In this document: piece by piece, positions 1-11,077 of the stretch
Numbering within the stretch: position 1 is the first letter of the stretch
Layout of the letters: the number at the start of each line of letters is the position of its first letter
NCBI GenBank assembly: GCA_964035575.1
Contig: OZ037845.1
Coordinates: forward strand, 682,001-746,000
Length of the DNA stretch: 64,000 nucleotides
Source: Rhynchopus sp. YZ270_cl-10
Taxonomy: Eukaryota
Direction of reading: 5' to 3'
Notes under the pieces: model-generated
Told to the model about the DNA's origin: nothing
Databases searched by the model: none
The model's input: only the letters and a program-made list of their open reading frames with translations
Translations under genes and position numbers: made by a program

Positions 1-787
1 TAGGCTTAACAAACAGCTAGCAGGGATCGAATGGGTTACTTATGCTGGCAGGGGGGAGGCAGGAGGGGTTGCTTTAGGATACGAAAAGTATGTAAACTGA
101 TGTCACATTATACCTTAATTCAGATTGCGATGCACAGCTGGACAATATATTTTCAAAGATTTGTTGCACATGGTGTAAACGACCTCTGGGGGATTAAGAC
201 ACCATGCAATAAGTAAAATGTGAGGTCCAAAAACAAAGAAAAGCTTATAAGATGGACCTAAGCCTCTCGTGCTTAGTCACCTTATCATACAAATGAAAGA
301 GCCTCTCATGGGTGTCCACCTTAGCGCAACCTTCAAGGAAGGGCTAATGGCACAGATCTGCAATAACTCTGCTGTGAGACATGAGGGCAGGTTAGAACAC
401 AGTGGTATGGCAAAGAAAACTTGAGTGAATGTGCTGAGGGAACGATCCTGAAGAACCCACACCCTGACAGAACAGTAGTAGTAGCCTGTACAGACAGGAA
501 CTAACACTGAGGTAGTATAAAAGCAAATATATCCTTCGGCGTTCCGCTGTCTCGTAGTGTTCTTATTGGCCCGACAACGTTCGTTTTGGGTACGCACGCA
601 GAGCACCATATGGATCCAATATCGACATGAGCTTCACTTTGCGGCAACCACGTATGGACCAACGTCTGACTGTGGATAATTCTTCATGTACTCGACCATG
701 ACCTCGCTTCATTACACCCCGCTTGCGGCAACGTATGGACATGGCAGAGTACCTTCAGGTGTATCGTTGTGTCTGACTCCTTCAGCT

Positions 788-1618
788 TCACTCAACCATG
801 ACCTCGCCCAGAATGCACACCCTCCCCTCCCGACTCTTCTCCCATCGTGCAAGGTGCTCTGCACGTGAAATCACCACAGCACCGATCTCAGTCTTGTACC
901 GCATCTGTCCCCTGTGCGGTGGGTGGCCAAGGTTCACAAAGTGCACACCCTTCCCCTGCAAGTGCTTCACCATCGCACAGAGTTGTATCTTCCCCGAGGA
1001 GGGGTGCCCCTCTGTATCGCAGAAGCCCGTCAGTGATGTGTACACCATGCCCACTGCGTAGCCGATCTCACCGGCAACCAAGTTCCCAGTGGCTGTGTCC
1101 ACAAGCTCCACGGTGTAGGGCTGGAACCACGACTTGGCAGGTGTGTCGACGTCGACCAGTATACCGTCCCACACCTTTCGGAGCATCGCAAAGTAGCGTG
1201 GTCCCAGCCAGTTGTCAGTGTGGTGTTCGCAGATGCGTGACCACACTTCGTCACTCCGTGCGTTCACTGAAAGCTTATAGCGGTGCCGCCGCACCCGTTT
1301 GCGTACAGAACGACCCCAATGCAGGTTTTTGAAGTCAAGCACGCAATATTCTTTCTGCATTTCTGCAATCAGATACACGGGCTCTTGCGCTATGCTGACG
1401 AAGCCGTAGTAGCAGAAGAGGGCATAAAACTTTGGCAGCCAGCAGGTCGTGTAGTAGTACGTGGTTGCCAGGTCTGCTTCGATGCGGGCACGTGATGCAG
1501 GGTCCATCAGGGCACGTGCCCATCGACCTCCTTCACGCAACTGTTCATCCTCGACAGCATCCAACCGTATACGAGTACGTGTCAAGGTGCTCTGCTTCGA
1601 TGCCAAAGTGAAGCTCAT
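788..1618 (-). CDS. Leucyl/phenylalanyl-tRNA--protein transferase (L/F-transferase, Aat-fold) family protein
   Basis: 276-aa ORF. Contains LIAEMQKEYCVLDFKNLH and LVAGEIGYAVGMVYTSLTGF...SSGKIQLCAMVKHL, resembling the LVGGLYG...F.GESMF...ASKVAL core of aminoacyl-tRNA protein transferases. Start codon uncertain because it overlaps a repeat-tail motif. Confidence 0.75.
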   Translation of the reverse strand: MSFTLASKQSTLTRTRIRLDAVEDEQLREGGRWARALMDPASRARIEADLATTYYYTTCWLPKFYALFCYYGFVSIAQEPVYLIAEMQKEYCVLDFKNLHWGRSVRKRVRRHRYKLSVNARSDEVWSRICEHHTDNWLGPRYFAMLRKVWDGILVDVDTPAKSWFQPYTVELVDTATGNLVAGEIGYAVGMVYTSLTGFCDTEGHPSSGKIQLCAMVKHLQGKGVHFVNLGHPPHRGQMRYKTEIGAVVISRAEHLARWEKSREGRVCILGEVMVE

Positions 1619-2487
1619 CAGAGAAAAGTTGAAAGTGCAAACACCTCACCTCACCTCACCTCACCAGACACCAGGCAGACAACAAAGTGAAGGTATTAAT
1701 GCAGTCACCTCCGACTGACCCACCAGACAACAAATAAGGGGGCCCGTAATAAAATGTGTATCTGCGAAACTGCCCCTTTTGGTCCAGTTCTTTTCTCCCT
1801 GTCGGATGGTGGGTGGGTTTAGGGACGGAAAAATATGTACATAAAAAAGGTGGGAAAGGGGGGGGATCAATTTATCTACGTGTATTCTGCCTACCTCCCT
1901 GACGGAGGTTGTGGGTCGTGACCTCTCAACAGAGGCCAGAAGGGGGAGGGGGGTGGTGAAAGGTGGAAAGGTGGAAACCGGTAATTGGGAAGCGTGGGTG
2001 GGGGAAGGGAGGGTTGGCTTAACACGAGAGCAGAAAACGAGAACGAAAATTGTAGTTGAAAAACATACCCAACGCACGGGAAAAGGGGGAGGAAAGAAAG
2101 AGCGAAGGAAACCAAAAGATGGAACCCTCTTATAATAATCGTTTAAAGGCTCACATCAAAACATTTTTTTCAAGAAAAAAAAGAAAAAAAAGAAGAAGAA
2201 AAAACGCGCCAGGAATGCAAGCAGCGGATCTCCGTGGGTATTTTATAGAACCGGTTTTTTGTTTTCTTTTAATCTGCTGTTATCTGAAACGAAAAAAAAA
2301 ATCAGCTGCAATGCAAGTGGTCTGCACAGCAGTCGCCACCCCTTTTCTTTGTTACATCGACACACATCGCACATCGCCGACAAGAGGTGGGCTCTGACTC
2401 AATGCCACACGGAGTAGCTTTTTTTTTCTTCTTTTTTCGCCCCTTCTTTTCGGGGGCATACATTCGCACGTTTTTTTTTAAATAAGA

Positions 2488-2547
2488 GTTGAAGTAGTGT
2501 AGTTGCCTCGGTTGTGCTGCCACAGGTTGTGCAATCTCCACTTTCCA
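2488..2547 (-). repeat. Polar hairpin repeat family E
   Basis: + strand GTTGAAGTAGTGTAGTTGCC...GCAA(T/A)CTCCACT. Near-identical copy at 44629-44690. Shorter or variant copies at about 18351, 27561, 41491, 43394, 46190 and 52137. Confidence 0.8.
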
Positions 2548-2658
2548 TCAAGTATTGTTTTTTTGTTGTACAGATCTGTTCACAAAAAACTGTAAAATAA
2601 AAAATTTCCCCCCCCCGAAAAAAGTGCAAAATTTACTATTTTTTTTGTGTGTAAAAAA

Positions 2659-2807
2659 CATATAATGTAGCGAGGACGACCTGAAAATAGGCGTGTCTGG
2701 AAAATCTCTCTGAGGCGTGGATGAGGTTACTAATACTTACAACCACGCCTCAGCCACGCCTGTAGTCAGGCCTTAGCGAGGCTTGTTCGGCCTCGCTGCA
2801 TTGTATG
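2659..2807. mobile_element. 149-bp MITE with CATA...TATG ends
   Basis: 17-bp TIR CATA(T/C)AATG(T/C)AGCGAGG, internal AGGCGTG/CACGCCT inverted motifs, and flanks TAAAAAA and TAAAAAG. Confidence 0.6.
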
Positions 2808-3190
2808 TAAAAAGGTACAATTCAAAGAGAAAAAAAAAAATCGAAAAAGGTCCAGAATTTGTATTTTTACGTTTATTTGAGCAGATGAGTCAAAGCCTTT
2901 CATGCTTGGTCACCTTATAATTTATTTCTTTTTAGCGATGAGGCTTTGTGAAAACGGAAGCAATTGTAGTTTTCCATATTTCCCCCGAATTATCCCTGGT
3001 TTCATTCTCAGTAGTTTCGAAACAAAAAAATTCCCGTTTTTTTCTTTCTCCCATTTTACTAAAAAGCGTGGTTATATCAGCGTGATATGATAGTGTACAA
3101 AAAAGGAACCCCTGAAGACGAAAATGAGGCTACCACAGACTCACAAAAATCTTCACCAATTTTTTAAAAAAAAATTCCCCACCCTTTTTT

Positions 3191-5233
3191 TCAGTAATAT
3201 TTTGCCAGACGAGGCTGTTTGGTTGCAGTCTTTTTGGGTGCGATGGAGGAGCGGGCACCGTTGGAGGAACGGGGGGTGGGACTTGCGGTTCGAGATGTGG
3301 CACGCGTAGGTGCCGAAGAAGGGGATGCAGTACCACCTGCGTTCACCACTGCAGGCACACTTCCCACAACGTTGTGAGTAATGCCCATCAGGTTCGGCTC
3401 ATGAGTGTCCAGCAGCCCTGCCCCTGTTGTGTCCGTCAGGGAGATTCCGATCAGCTGCTTTTCTGACGGCGACAACAGCTGCTGCAGGAACCCAAGGAAG
3501 AGCTTGCATACGCTGGAGAGACCGCTGCTGAGCTCGAGAAACTCCTTTTCGGTGATGTTCCTTATAGCAGCCTGCCCCTTCACCCCTTTGCTGTAGTCGC
3601 GGATGTGGTGGAGCTCTTTGTTGATGAGTTGGCAGCTGTTTACGAGGCGGGAGCGGGCAGTACCGCGGGAGTTTTCAAGCTCGGTCTGTTCGTGCGTGCG
3701 GACGCGGTCTTTGAGTTGAGTGTTTTCGTTGCGGAGGCGTTTGAGAACGTCACCTTGTCTTCTGTTGTCGCGGGCGACGTCGGTGACGGCAATCATCCAG
3801 ACACTCATCTCAGCGAAGAACTCTTCCTTCATGTGTTCGATGCTGTGGTGCATTTTGGAGAGTGCGTCACGTTGCAATGCAGCGACGTACGACTTCTGCT
3901 CAGCCATTCCATTGTCTGGCATATCACTGTGCTGCGACAGCAAGGCACGTAGCTGCTTTGCATCCTGCTCTGCAGTGAACGAAGACGCCTGGTAGTTCTC
4001 CACCTCCTGCTTCAAACGCAGGTTCTCACGTTTAAGGCGGTTCAGACTCGATTCGGCAGTCTCCTTACTCCATGTGTTGGATTGGTTGGCAAGCTCCTGT
4101 TTGAGGCCATATAGGCTTGCCTCGCGTTCATGAAGAAGGCGGGTAAGGCGACGTACCTCCCGCTCCAGATTGATGGTATCCTCCTTCGATTTAACCAGGT
4201 CATTTCCAAGCTTGTCGCACCGCGCAGCGCGTCCCTTCCACCCATTCACCTCCTTCAGCTTGGAGGTAAGCTCCTTCTGCTGTTCACGTTGTTCCTTTTC
4301 GCGTTCGCCTAAGAGTTCGGCGTCTTTCTTTAGGTTGTCCTGCATCCATGCTGTGGTGGAGCTGTCGACCACTTTGTTGCCCATGGTTTCGACCTCTTTT
4401 TGCAGCATGATGTTCTCGATGGAGCGGGAGACCAGCTCCTCTTCACAGTTGAGGAGGTACATTATCGTTGTTTTGTATTCCGTGATTTTGGTTGTCTGGC
4501 CTTGGGTGTCTTCCACCAGCTTGTCAAGCCCTGCCTGCAGCTCTGCTTCTCTTGCTGCCGCCGCCTCTCTCTCTTCCCCAAGCTGCTGCAACAAACCTGC
4601 CCCCAAATCCACTGCCTGCAGAATCTGGTTTTCACGATCCTCCAACTCAGAACGGAGCAGATCTAATTCATGCACCTCACCTATATCTCCATCTGACGTA
4701 TCATCAGCCGCACTTCCAAAACTAAATGCATTAGTATAAGCACCAGGGGAAGCTTCATTTACCGCAGGTGGTAGTGCATCATACTGTGGCACCGTGGTGC
4801 TGCATTCTGCGATAGATGATGTAGCAGGGCTGAGTTCGGACATAGCTGGGGGGAGGGGTGGTGCGTGCTCTTCGGAGACGGGGCGGGATTCGGTTTGTTT
4901 CATACTTTCTGATGCGCGGCGTTCAAAAGAAAGACCCTGTAGTCTGTGTCGTGCATGCTGTTGTGTCATCTGCAGCGCCGCCGCAATATCCTTCTCAGAA
5001 TCAAACGCAGTCACCCCTTTCAAATCCTGCTGCTTCCCAAACGTTATAGATCCCCTCCGAATCAACGCCGGGACACTCTCACTGCGCTTGCAGTATCGCA
5101 TCGCGGAGTACTGACTCTGTTTCATCCATTCTGGGTCAGCGACCCTTGCTTCAGGAGAACCCAACGTAGACGTCAATAAAGGCGACATCGTCGCATGCTT
5201 TTTACTCGGAGGTCTTGGGGGGGAGGAATGCAT
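3191..5233 (-). CDS. Long coiled-coil protein with CC1-box-like motif (candidate motor adaptor)
   Basis: 680-aa single-exon ORF. Disordered S/P-rich N-terminus, then about 350 aa rich in E/K/Q/L heptads starting at ELEDRENQILQAVDLGAGLL. Confidence 0.8.
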   Translation of the reverse strand: MHSSPPRPPSKKHATMSPLLTSTLGSPEARVADPEWMKQSQYSAMRYCKRSESVPALIRRGSITFGKQQDLKGVTAFDSEKDIAAALQMTQQHARHRLQGLSFERRASESMKQTESRPVSEEHAPPLPPAMSELSPATSSIAECSTTVPQYDALPPAVNEASPGAYTNAFSFGSAADDTSDGDIGEVHELDLLRSELEDRENQILQAVDLGAGLLQQLGEEREAAAAREAELQAGLDKLVEDTQGQTTKITEYKTTIMYLLNCEEELVSRSIENIMLQKEVETMGNKVVDSSTTAWMQDNLKKDAELLGEREKEQREQQKELTSKLKEVNGWKGRAARCDKLGNDLVKSKEDTINLEREVRRLTRLLHEREASLYGLKQELANQSNTWSKETAESSLNRLKRENLRLKQEVENYQASSFTAEQDAKQLRALLSQHSDMPDNGMAEQKSYVAALQRDALSKMHHSIEHMKEEFFAEMSVWMIAVTDVARDNRRQGDVLKRLRNENTQLKDRVRTHEQTELENSRGTARSRLVNSCQLINKELHHIRDYSKGVKGQAAIRNITEKEFLELSSGLSSVCKLFLGFLQQLLSPSEKQLIGISLTDTTGAGLLDTHEPNLMGITHNVVGSVPAVVNAGGTASPSSAPTRATSRTASPTPRSSNGARSSIAPKKTATKQPRLAKYY

Positions 5234-6048
5234 TAAAAGAGAATGAGGTAAAAAAAGAGTGTCTTCTTTTATCTCATGTGCATGGGGGAAAGGGGGGGGA
5301 GAGGGGAGGCTTGTAAAGGTAGAAAAAGAAAGCCCTTGAGGTGTGTGTGTAGGGGGGGGGTTGGGGGAGGGGAGGCTATTTGAGTTGTAGATGAAGTGAA
5401 GTGAGGCGAAAAACTAAAAAAAAAACTGTGGGGGGGAAAGAAAGAAAACTGTAGTTGCTGATGCAGGCACCTCCGACTTACCCACGGATGAAAGCACAAA
5501 TACCCTGCGGATCAGTAGATGTAAAAAGGAAACCTAATGACCTCCGGAAAAAGGGAAGTGGTGTTGACCACCTGCTTTTGGCCGAAGCAACTTCCGCCAA
5601 ACACCGCAAAACTCAGGTCAAAATCAGTAGGTTGAGAGGAGGGGAGGGTTTATAAAGAAAATGGGAGGGGCGTTTCTTTTTGTTGGCAAAGAAGAACTTC
5701 AACACTTGTTAAAGTGAGGAGAAGAAATGAGAAGAAGAAATTTGAAATACAAAGCCCTCTCGTGAACAGTGTAGCTTTTTTTAAAAAGTGGTGTACAAAA
5801 AATTGCGCCCAAAGCACAGGGTTAGAAGTGCGACACATCAATCATGTCTGTACCCCCTAGACCACCAGAAAAGGAAAGTCGGAAGTGCCAACGTCTCTGT
5901 AGATAAAGACCCATAGCTCAACAGAAGGGAAAGCTCTCTGTGCACGGGCACACAGAGGAAACGTTTGCAAAGACGCGTCAATAGTGGTGTCACCTTGAAA
6001 CAGGGCCACAACGAAGTGTCCTTCACATGCCAGGAGACCACACTGTTA

Positions 6049-6721
6049 TTATATCACCATGGCAGCAGCCTCAGGGAAGTTCTGTGCGAAATAGTCTTCA
6101 AAGCGTTGGTTCGATATCAACTGTGGTGTTCAAATGTATGGGGAAAATGGGGGGAAACCTGAGCTCCACTTAAAACAATGGAGGTTAAGCTTTCTCCGCG
6201 AACACAGAGCCTTTAAAAAATTCTGAATTGAGTCATTTGACCTAAGCGTAGGTGTTACATACCCCTAACCCACCGAGATCTTGCTGATCGAGAGTGTCTA
6301 TCCAGTCGCGTCCTTTTTGTTCTTCTTCATCGAGGGTTAGGTCGGGGCAACGAGACTTTCGTCTTCCTCTGAGGCCAGCTAGGGCGTCGATGTGGACGTC
6401 GGTTTTGACCTTTTTGGGTTGCGCTTTTTGCTTCGCTACGTCCCGCACGGCATACGGCGACACATCCGATACAGTCAACCCACGCTTCACCTCCGAAGAC
6501 GTGGCAGCAGCCTGAGCACCTCTTCCACTTATCCTTGTCAACCCTCCAGTTGTATTCGCCACAATCCCCTCACTGCTTGCCACCTTCGCCGACCCCACAC
6601 GGTGCAAAGGCAGAGGGGTGACCACGTCACTCTGCTTGGTGGTAGTGGTGGCAGGCCTATTATGTTTCTTGCTAATCGGCGCTGCGACTGCCTTCTTCGG
6701 TTTAGGCAATCCCGCCGGCAT
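6049..6721 (-). CDS. Hypothetical basic protein, 2 exons (6721-6263, 6120-6049), 176 aa
   Basis: ATG at 6721 (MPAGLPKPKK). A GTATGT donor at 6262 and an AACACCACAG acceptor at 6121 join in frame, giving ...DLGGLG/LISNQRFEDYFAQNFPEAAAMVI*. Upstream extension of the ORF track lies in low-complexity UTR. Confidence 0.6.
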
Positions 6722-7485
6722 TTCGTGTATGTTGTGTATTCCTTCATGGTGCGTGGTGTTAATTAGTTTTGGTGTCCAAAGAAAGTGTGATTTTTGGAGA
6801 GTGTATGAAAAAGAAGGTATGGGGGGAAGTTTCGGTTGTTTCTGTTGGGCGTCAACAGCTTTTTTTTGGCAATTTTTTTTTCTTCTGTGGCTTTTTTTTT
6901 TTGGCGTGTGTGCTTGTGCATGTGTGCGCTGCGTGGTTTGCTTTTTAAATGCCATTTTTTGTCCGTTGAAAATCGTCTACAAAAAATACCACCCCCCCCG
7001 CGACACGCCCCCCCGCCCCCAGCTCACGCATTGCAATATACAACGATTGTGCAGATGCGTGTTTTTTTAAAATTTTTTTGCCCAGTTTCATTTCCTTCAT
7101 TGATTTTTTCGAGACAACCTGCCCCCATTTTTTCTTTTTGCTTCGTTCTAAACCTTTCCCCCAGTCTCTACGTAATTTTTTTTTGGACAATAAAAAGCCA
7201 TGTGATGTTTCTCTGTCTGTTTTCCGCCATTCGATCGGTGATTTGCTTTTTTTTTGGGCCATGTATGTGGTCGTATCTTTTTCTTTGACAATCTCTGAGA
7301 AAAACCCAGAGTCATCAAAAAAGCCAATAGCTTTTAGACGGGAAAAAGAGAAAAGAGAGAGAGAGAGAAGGGACACACACACCACCCACACAACACCACC
7401 ACAAAACAAAAAAAAATGAAGAATATCAAAAGTAAAACGGCTACCCCATGCACGGCGTTCTACCTATGGTTGGTCTGCCCAGCAC

Positions 7486-8052
7486 CTATTCCTCGTCGTC
7501 ACCTCCACCTCCGCCTCCAGACTTCCTGGAGCGCTTGACACGGCCAGGTCCTCCAGATCCGAGGGACGAGTTGGGTGCAAGGTCGATGTGCTTCTCGGAG
7601 TCGGTACGCACCCAGAAGGAGGGCACGGTGACCATCTGCTTGCCGACGCAGATGTGACGCTGGCGGATCAGGACACGTGCGTGGTGGATGGACTTGGCCA
7701 GACCGTGCTTGTACACGAGGGTCTGGAGGCGGCGCTCCAAGAAGTCCTGGAGGGTGAGTCCAAGCACGTAGTCAAGCTTCATGTGCTCGGTGTCCAGAAG
7801 GCCGTAACGGTTGCAGCGACGGAGAAGGGCACCTCCCTCGAGGACACGGCGCTCAGAGTCGGCGTCAAGGGTAAGCAGACCACGTGCACACTTGCGCATC
7901 TTCGCCAGGGTGAGGGCCACACGCCACACCTCACGCTTGCAACGAAGCCCGTAGTCTCCGACCAGCTTCAGCTCCTTGTCCAGCCTCTCCTTCTCGAACG
8001 GACGACGGGGGTTCTTGTAGACCTTCCCGAACTCACGGTATTTGCGGACCAT
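7486..8052 (-). CDS. RPS9: 40S ribosomal protein S9 (uS4)
   Basis: [31 protein letters not shown] and [31 protein letters not shown] are the conserved uS4 motifs; strong GC3 codon bias; no intron. Confidence 0.98.
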   Translation of the reverse strand: MVRKYREFGKVYKNPRRPFEKERLDKELKLVGDYGLRCKREVWRVALTLAKMRKCARGLLTLDADSERRVLEGGALLRRCNRYGLLDTEHMKLDYVLGLTLQDFLERRLQTLVYKHGLAKSIHHARVLIRQRHICVGKQMVTVPSFWVRTDSEKHIDLAPNSSLGSGGPGRVKRSRKSGGGGGGDDEE

Positions 8053-8317
8053 TTTTGATTAATTAATTCTGGAAGGTGGATGTAACATAAAGGGGGTGGG
8101 GACACAACATTAGAAATTAGAAAAGAGCTACTTTGTATGGTTTCTAAGTGCACATATAGATAAGAGACGGCGGGAAAGGGACGAGTAAGGGAAGGGTTAC
8201 ATCTTCCGTCCGATCTGCTCCCCTGGGTACAAATATTTTCCCCCCCGCCCACCCCCACCCCCACCCCTCCTGCCTCTCCCCCCACCCCAGTTCTATAGGC
8301 GTCTGCATCAGCCTGCA

Positions 8318-10621
8318 TCAGTCAGACGCCATCCCCAGTTTAAGATGGGCAATCTTTCGTGCGTACTCTTCATCGCTATCTGTGGTGGTATTTTTTTTTT
8401 TTGAAGTCGGTTCTTTTTCTTGAGTATATTTCTATGCGACACTCATATCAAAAAATCACACAGGCCCTGTGGCCACACCCTCCTTCTCTCCCCTTTCTCC
8501 CATATGCATACCTAACTCCTCTTCGCTTTCTGGCTCAGCGGGCTCTGCTGCAGTCTCTTCTTTCTTTGCCTCATGCGACACATCCTCTGTTGAAGTGTTC
8601 CCTGCTGGCGAGGCTGCCTCCAGGGGTGACAACGGTGTTTCGGCGATGACGGGTGACGAGGCACCTTGGGGAGCACTGTAGGCTTCGCTGCTGTCACGCC
8701 AGGTGCGTTTGGTGCTTGGTGCTGCTTCTGCAACACTACCACCACCGCCACCACCCACCGACACCTCACTCCTAGAACCATCCAGCTTCGCCCCCGCCTT
8801 CGCAGCAGCCTCCTTAGCAATGCTTCGGAACGCCTCTGCCGCACTGTCCCTCTCCTCTGCTGGTGGAGACTCTGACTGCAACGACGGCACCGTTCTCTTC
8901 ACCGGAAGGTCCTGCCTCTCCTGCTTCTCCTTCTCTGGTTTGGGTGGCGGCGGCGCAACGTTTCTTCCACTAGTATAACTCGGCGCGGCCTGGACCGTTC
9001 TCCGGGTAACCTTCGCCGGCGCATCCTCTTCGTTTGTGCCTAAGGTAAACGGCTTCGCGCTTTCACTGCTGCTGTCTGCTGGCGGGTCAAGCGTAACCTC
9101 TGCAGGAAGAATCGCCTTCCGTGCGACCCCATCCTCCATGCTCGCTACTACAGCCGCATCAGGAAGACGTCCTAAACGGAAGTAAATGCATTTGTACAAT
9201 GTAATGAGCTTGGCCCTGCTTTCTAAGGTGATTTCTACCATCTCCTCATGAGGCTGCTCCGTCGGCACAGCAGCTCGTGTAAGCGCTTCTGGTCTGCAAC
9301 GGAAAAAGATTATTTGGTTTGGAAGATCCAATTTTACTTCATTTATTGCGGAGTACGCGATTTCACAGAGTCGGGTTCGGTTAAAGAAATGCGCGAATGA
9401 GATGTGGGTAGGGTCTAGGGTGACAAAGGCGGAAGCGACACGAGACATTTTTTCGATGGTCGAGTCTACACGAATCCCCTTTCCAAAGGCAACCTCGCTG
9501 ATCTCTGGGAACTCCTCCACCATGATGTGCGCAGTCGTCGCATCCTCCTCACGCTGCCCCACCGGATGCGGCGCGCTCCCTGCCATCTCCCTCTGCACCT
9601 CTCCTTGCATGAGATGTGTATTGCGCAACCTTTCCTTCATCAGCTCTGCCTTCGCCTCTTGCAACATAATACGCAACTGCTGTGTATTATTCCCTTGATA
9701 CGTCTGCCTCATGGCAACCTGCTGCTTTGCATCCTCCTCTGGCTTCATAATACCTGCCACTGTCAACACACCTTCAGGGCTACGTGGTGTGGACGGTGCT
9801 GGAGATGGTGGTTGATCTGCCGAAGATGCATGCGAAATATGAGAAATATTTGACTGATGCGAAATATTCGCACCCCTCCTCGGCGAAGGCGACGGAGTCC
9901 CCCCATCTTCTCCTCTCAAATTCCCAAAGTACGCAGGCGACATACTCTCGGTTCTCTGCGACCTAGGCACCGACGCATCCATCATCGGCGTTCTTTGCAC
10001 ACTCTGTGTATACCCTGAATGTGTACTGTGCGACGCGGTTCTCCTCTGTTGCGGTTCTGGAAGGGGTGGCTGGCTTTGTGCTAATCCCAACGCCTCGCGG
10101 CTTTCCTGTGCAAGCTGCGCATACTCACTATAACTCCGTTTCTTCAAGTCAAGACGCCATCCACAAGAAACCGCATAACACGCAATATCAGGCAACTGCT
10201 TCGCAATACACCTTTCCGCATACGATACAGGCAGCTCATCTATCTTCTTCAAAGAAGGTCCGATCACAGCAAGCAACATAATACGGTGATGCTTCCACTC
10301 CGCAATAGGGTTATTAGCTACCCCTACAAACTCACATTTCGGCTGTTTTACAAGCCCCGCCAAACTCTTTATCCGATTCCTCTGTACATGAATTTCTCGT
10401 AAATTCGGCTGGCACCCAAGAAACTGAAAATCCCTCAACCAATTTCTCTGCAAATACATATACTCCAATTCCAGCTGCAGACCCAGCCCTTCGAATGAGG
10501 ACACCTCTACCATTTTGAGGGATAATGCTTTAAAACCGATGGTTATGCTCATATCCCCTAGACGGCGGTGTTCGGGTGCAGGGCTGCTTCCTTTGCGGCG
10601 TGCATGAGGTAGATCGTCCAT
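8318..10621 (-). CDS. Leucine-rich-repeat protein with central coiled coil and PH-like region, 2 exons (10621-8512, 8379-8318), 723 aa
   Basis: LRR units LEYMYLQRNWLRDF, LREIHVQRNRIKSL and VANNPIAE, followed by an LRRcap-like HRIMLLAVIGPSLKKID. A GTATGC...CACCACAG intron at 8380-8511 gives an in-frame C-terminus DSDEEYARKIAHLKLGMASD*. Confidence 0.8.
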
Positions 10622-11077
10622 TTTGTGTGTAGACGCCTGAGTTATGCTTGAAAAAAACGCAAAAAAAAAAAAAAGGTTGGCTTGAAATGCTTGAAATTGA
10701 AATACATCATCTCGGTGATAATGTATCTTGGATGACCAGAGGGGGGGTACCACGTTGGACCAACCATGCAGTGATATATCCAATAAAGTGAAGTTGAGTG
10801 GTGCAAAAGATTAAGATATAATTTTTCAATCGAAAGATGGAGTTTTTATCCACCAGCGTCGTCTGGGTGCAAAAGAAATGCCTCTGGGAAGTAGGTACTG
10901 ATTCTGTGGGTTATTGAAGACCGAGAGGGGGGAAAGGAAAAAAAAAAAACTACAGAGGGGATTCGATTCTACTTTGAGAAAATAAAAAAAATCACATTTT
11001 TGGGGAAAGATATTTTGACAAAAGGTTGAGGATATGGAAAAACCGTATCCTCCGTACAAAAATAATACAACAATAAT

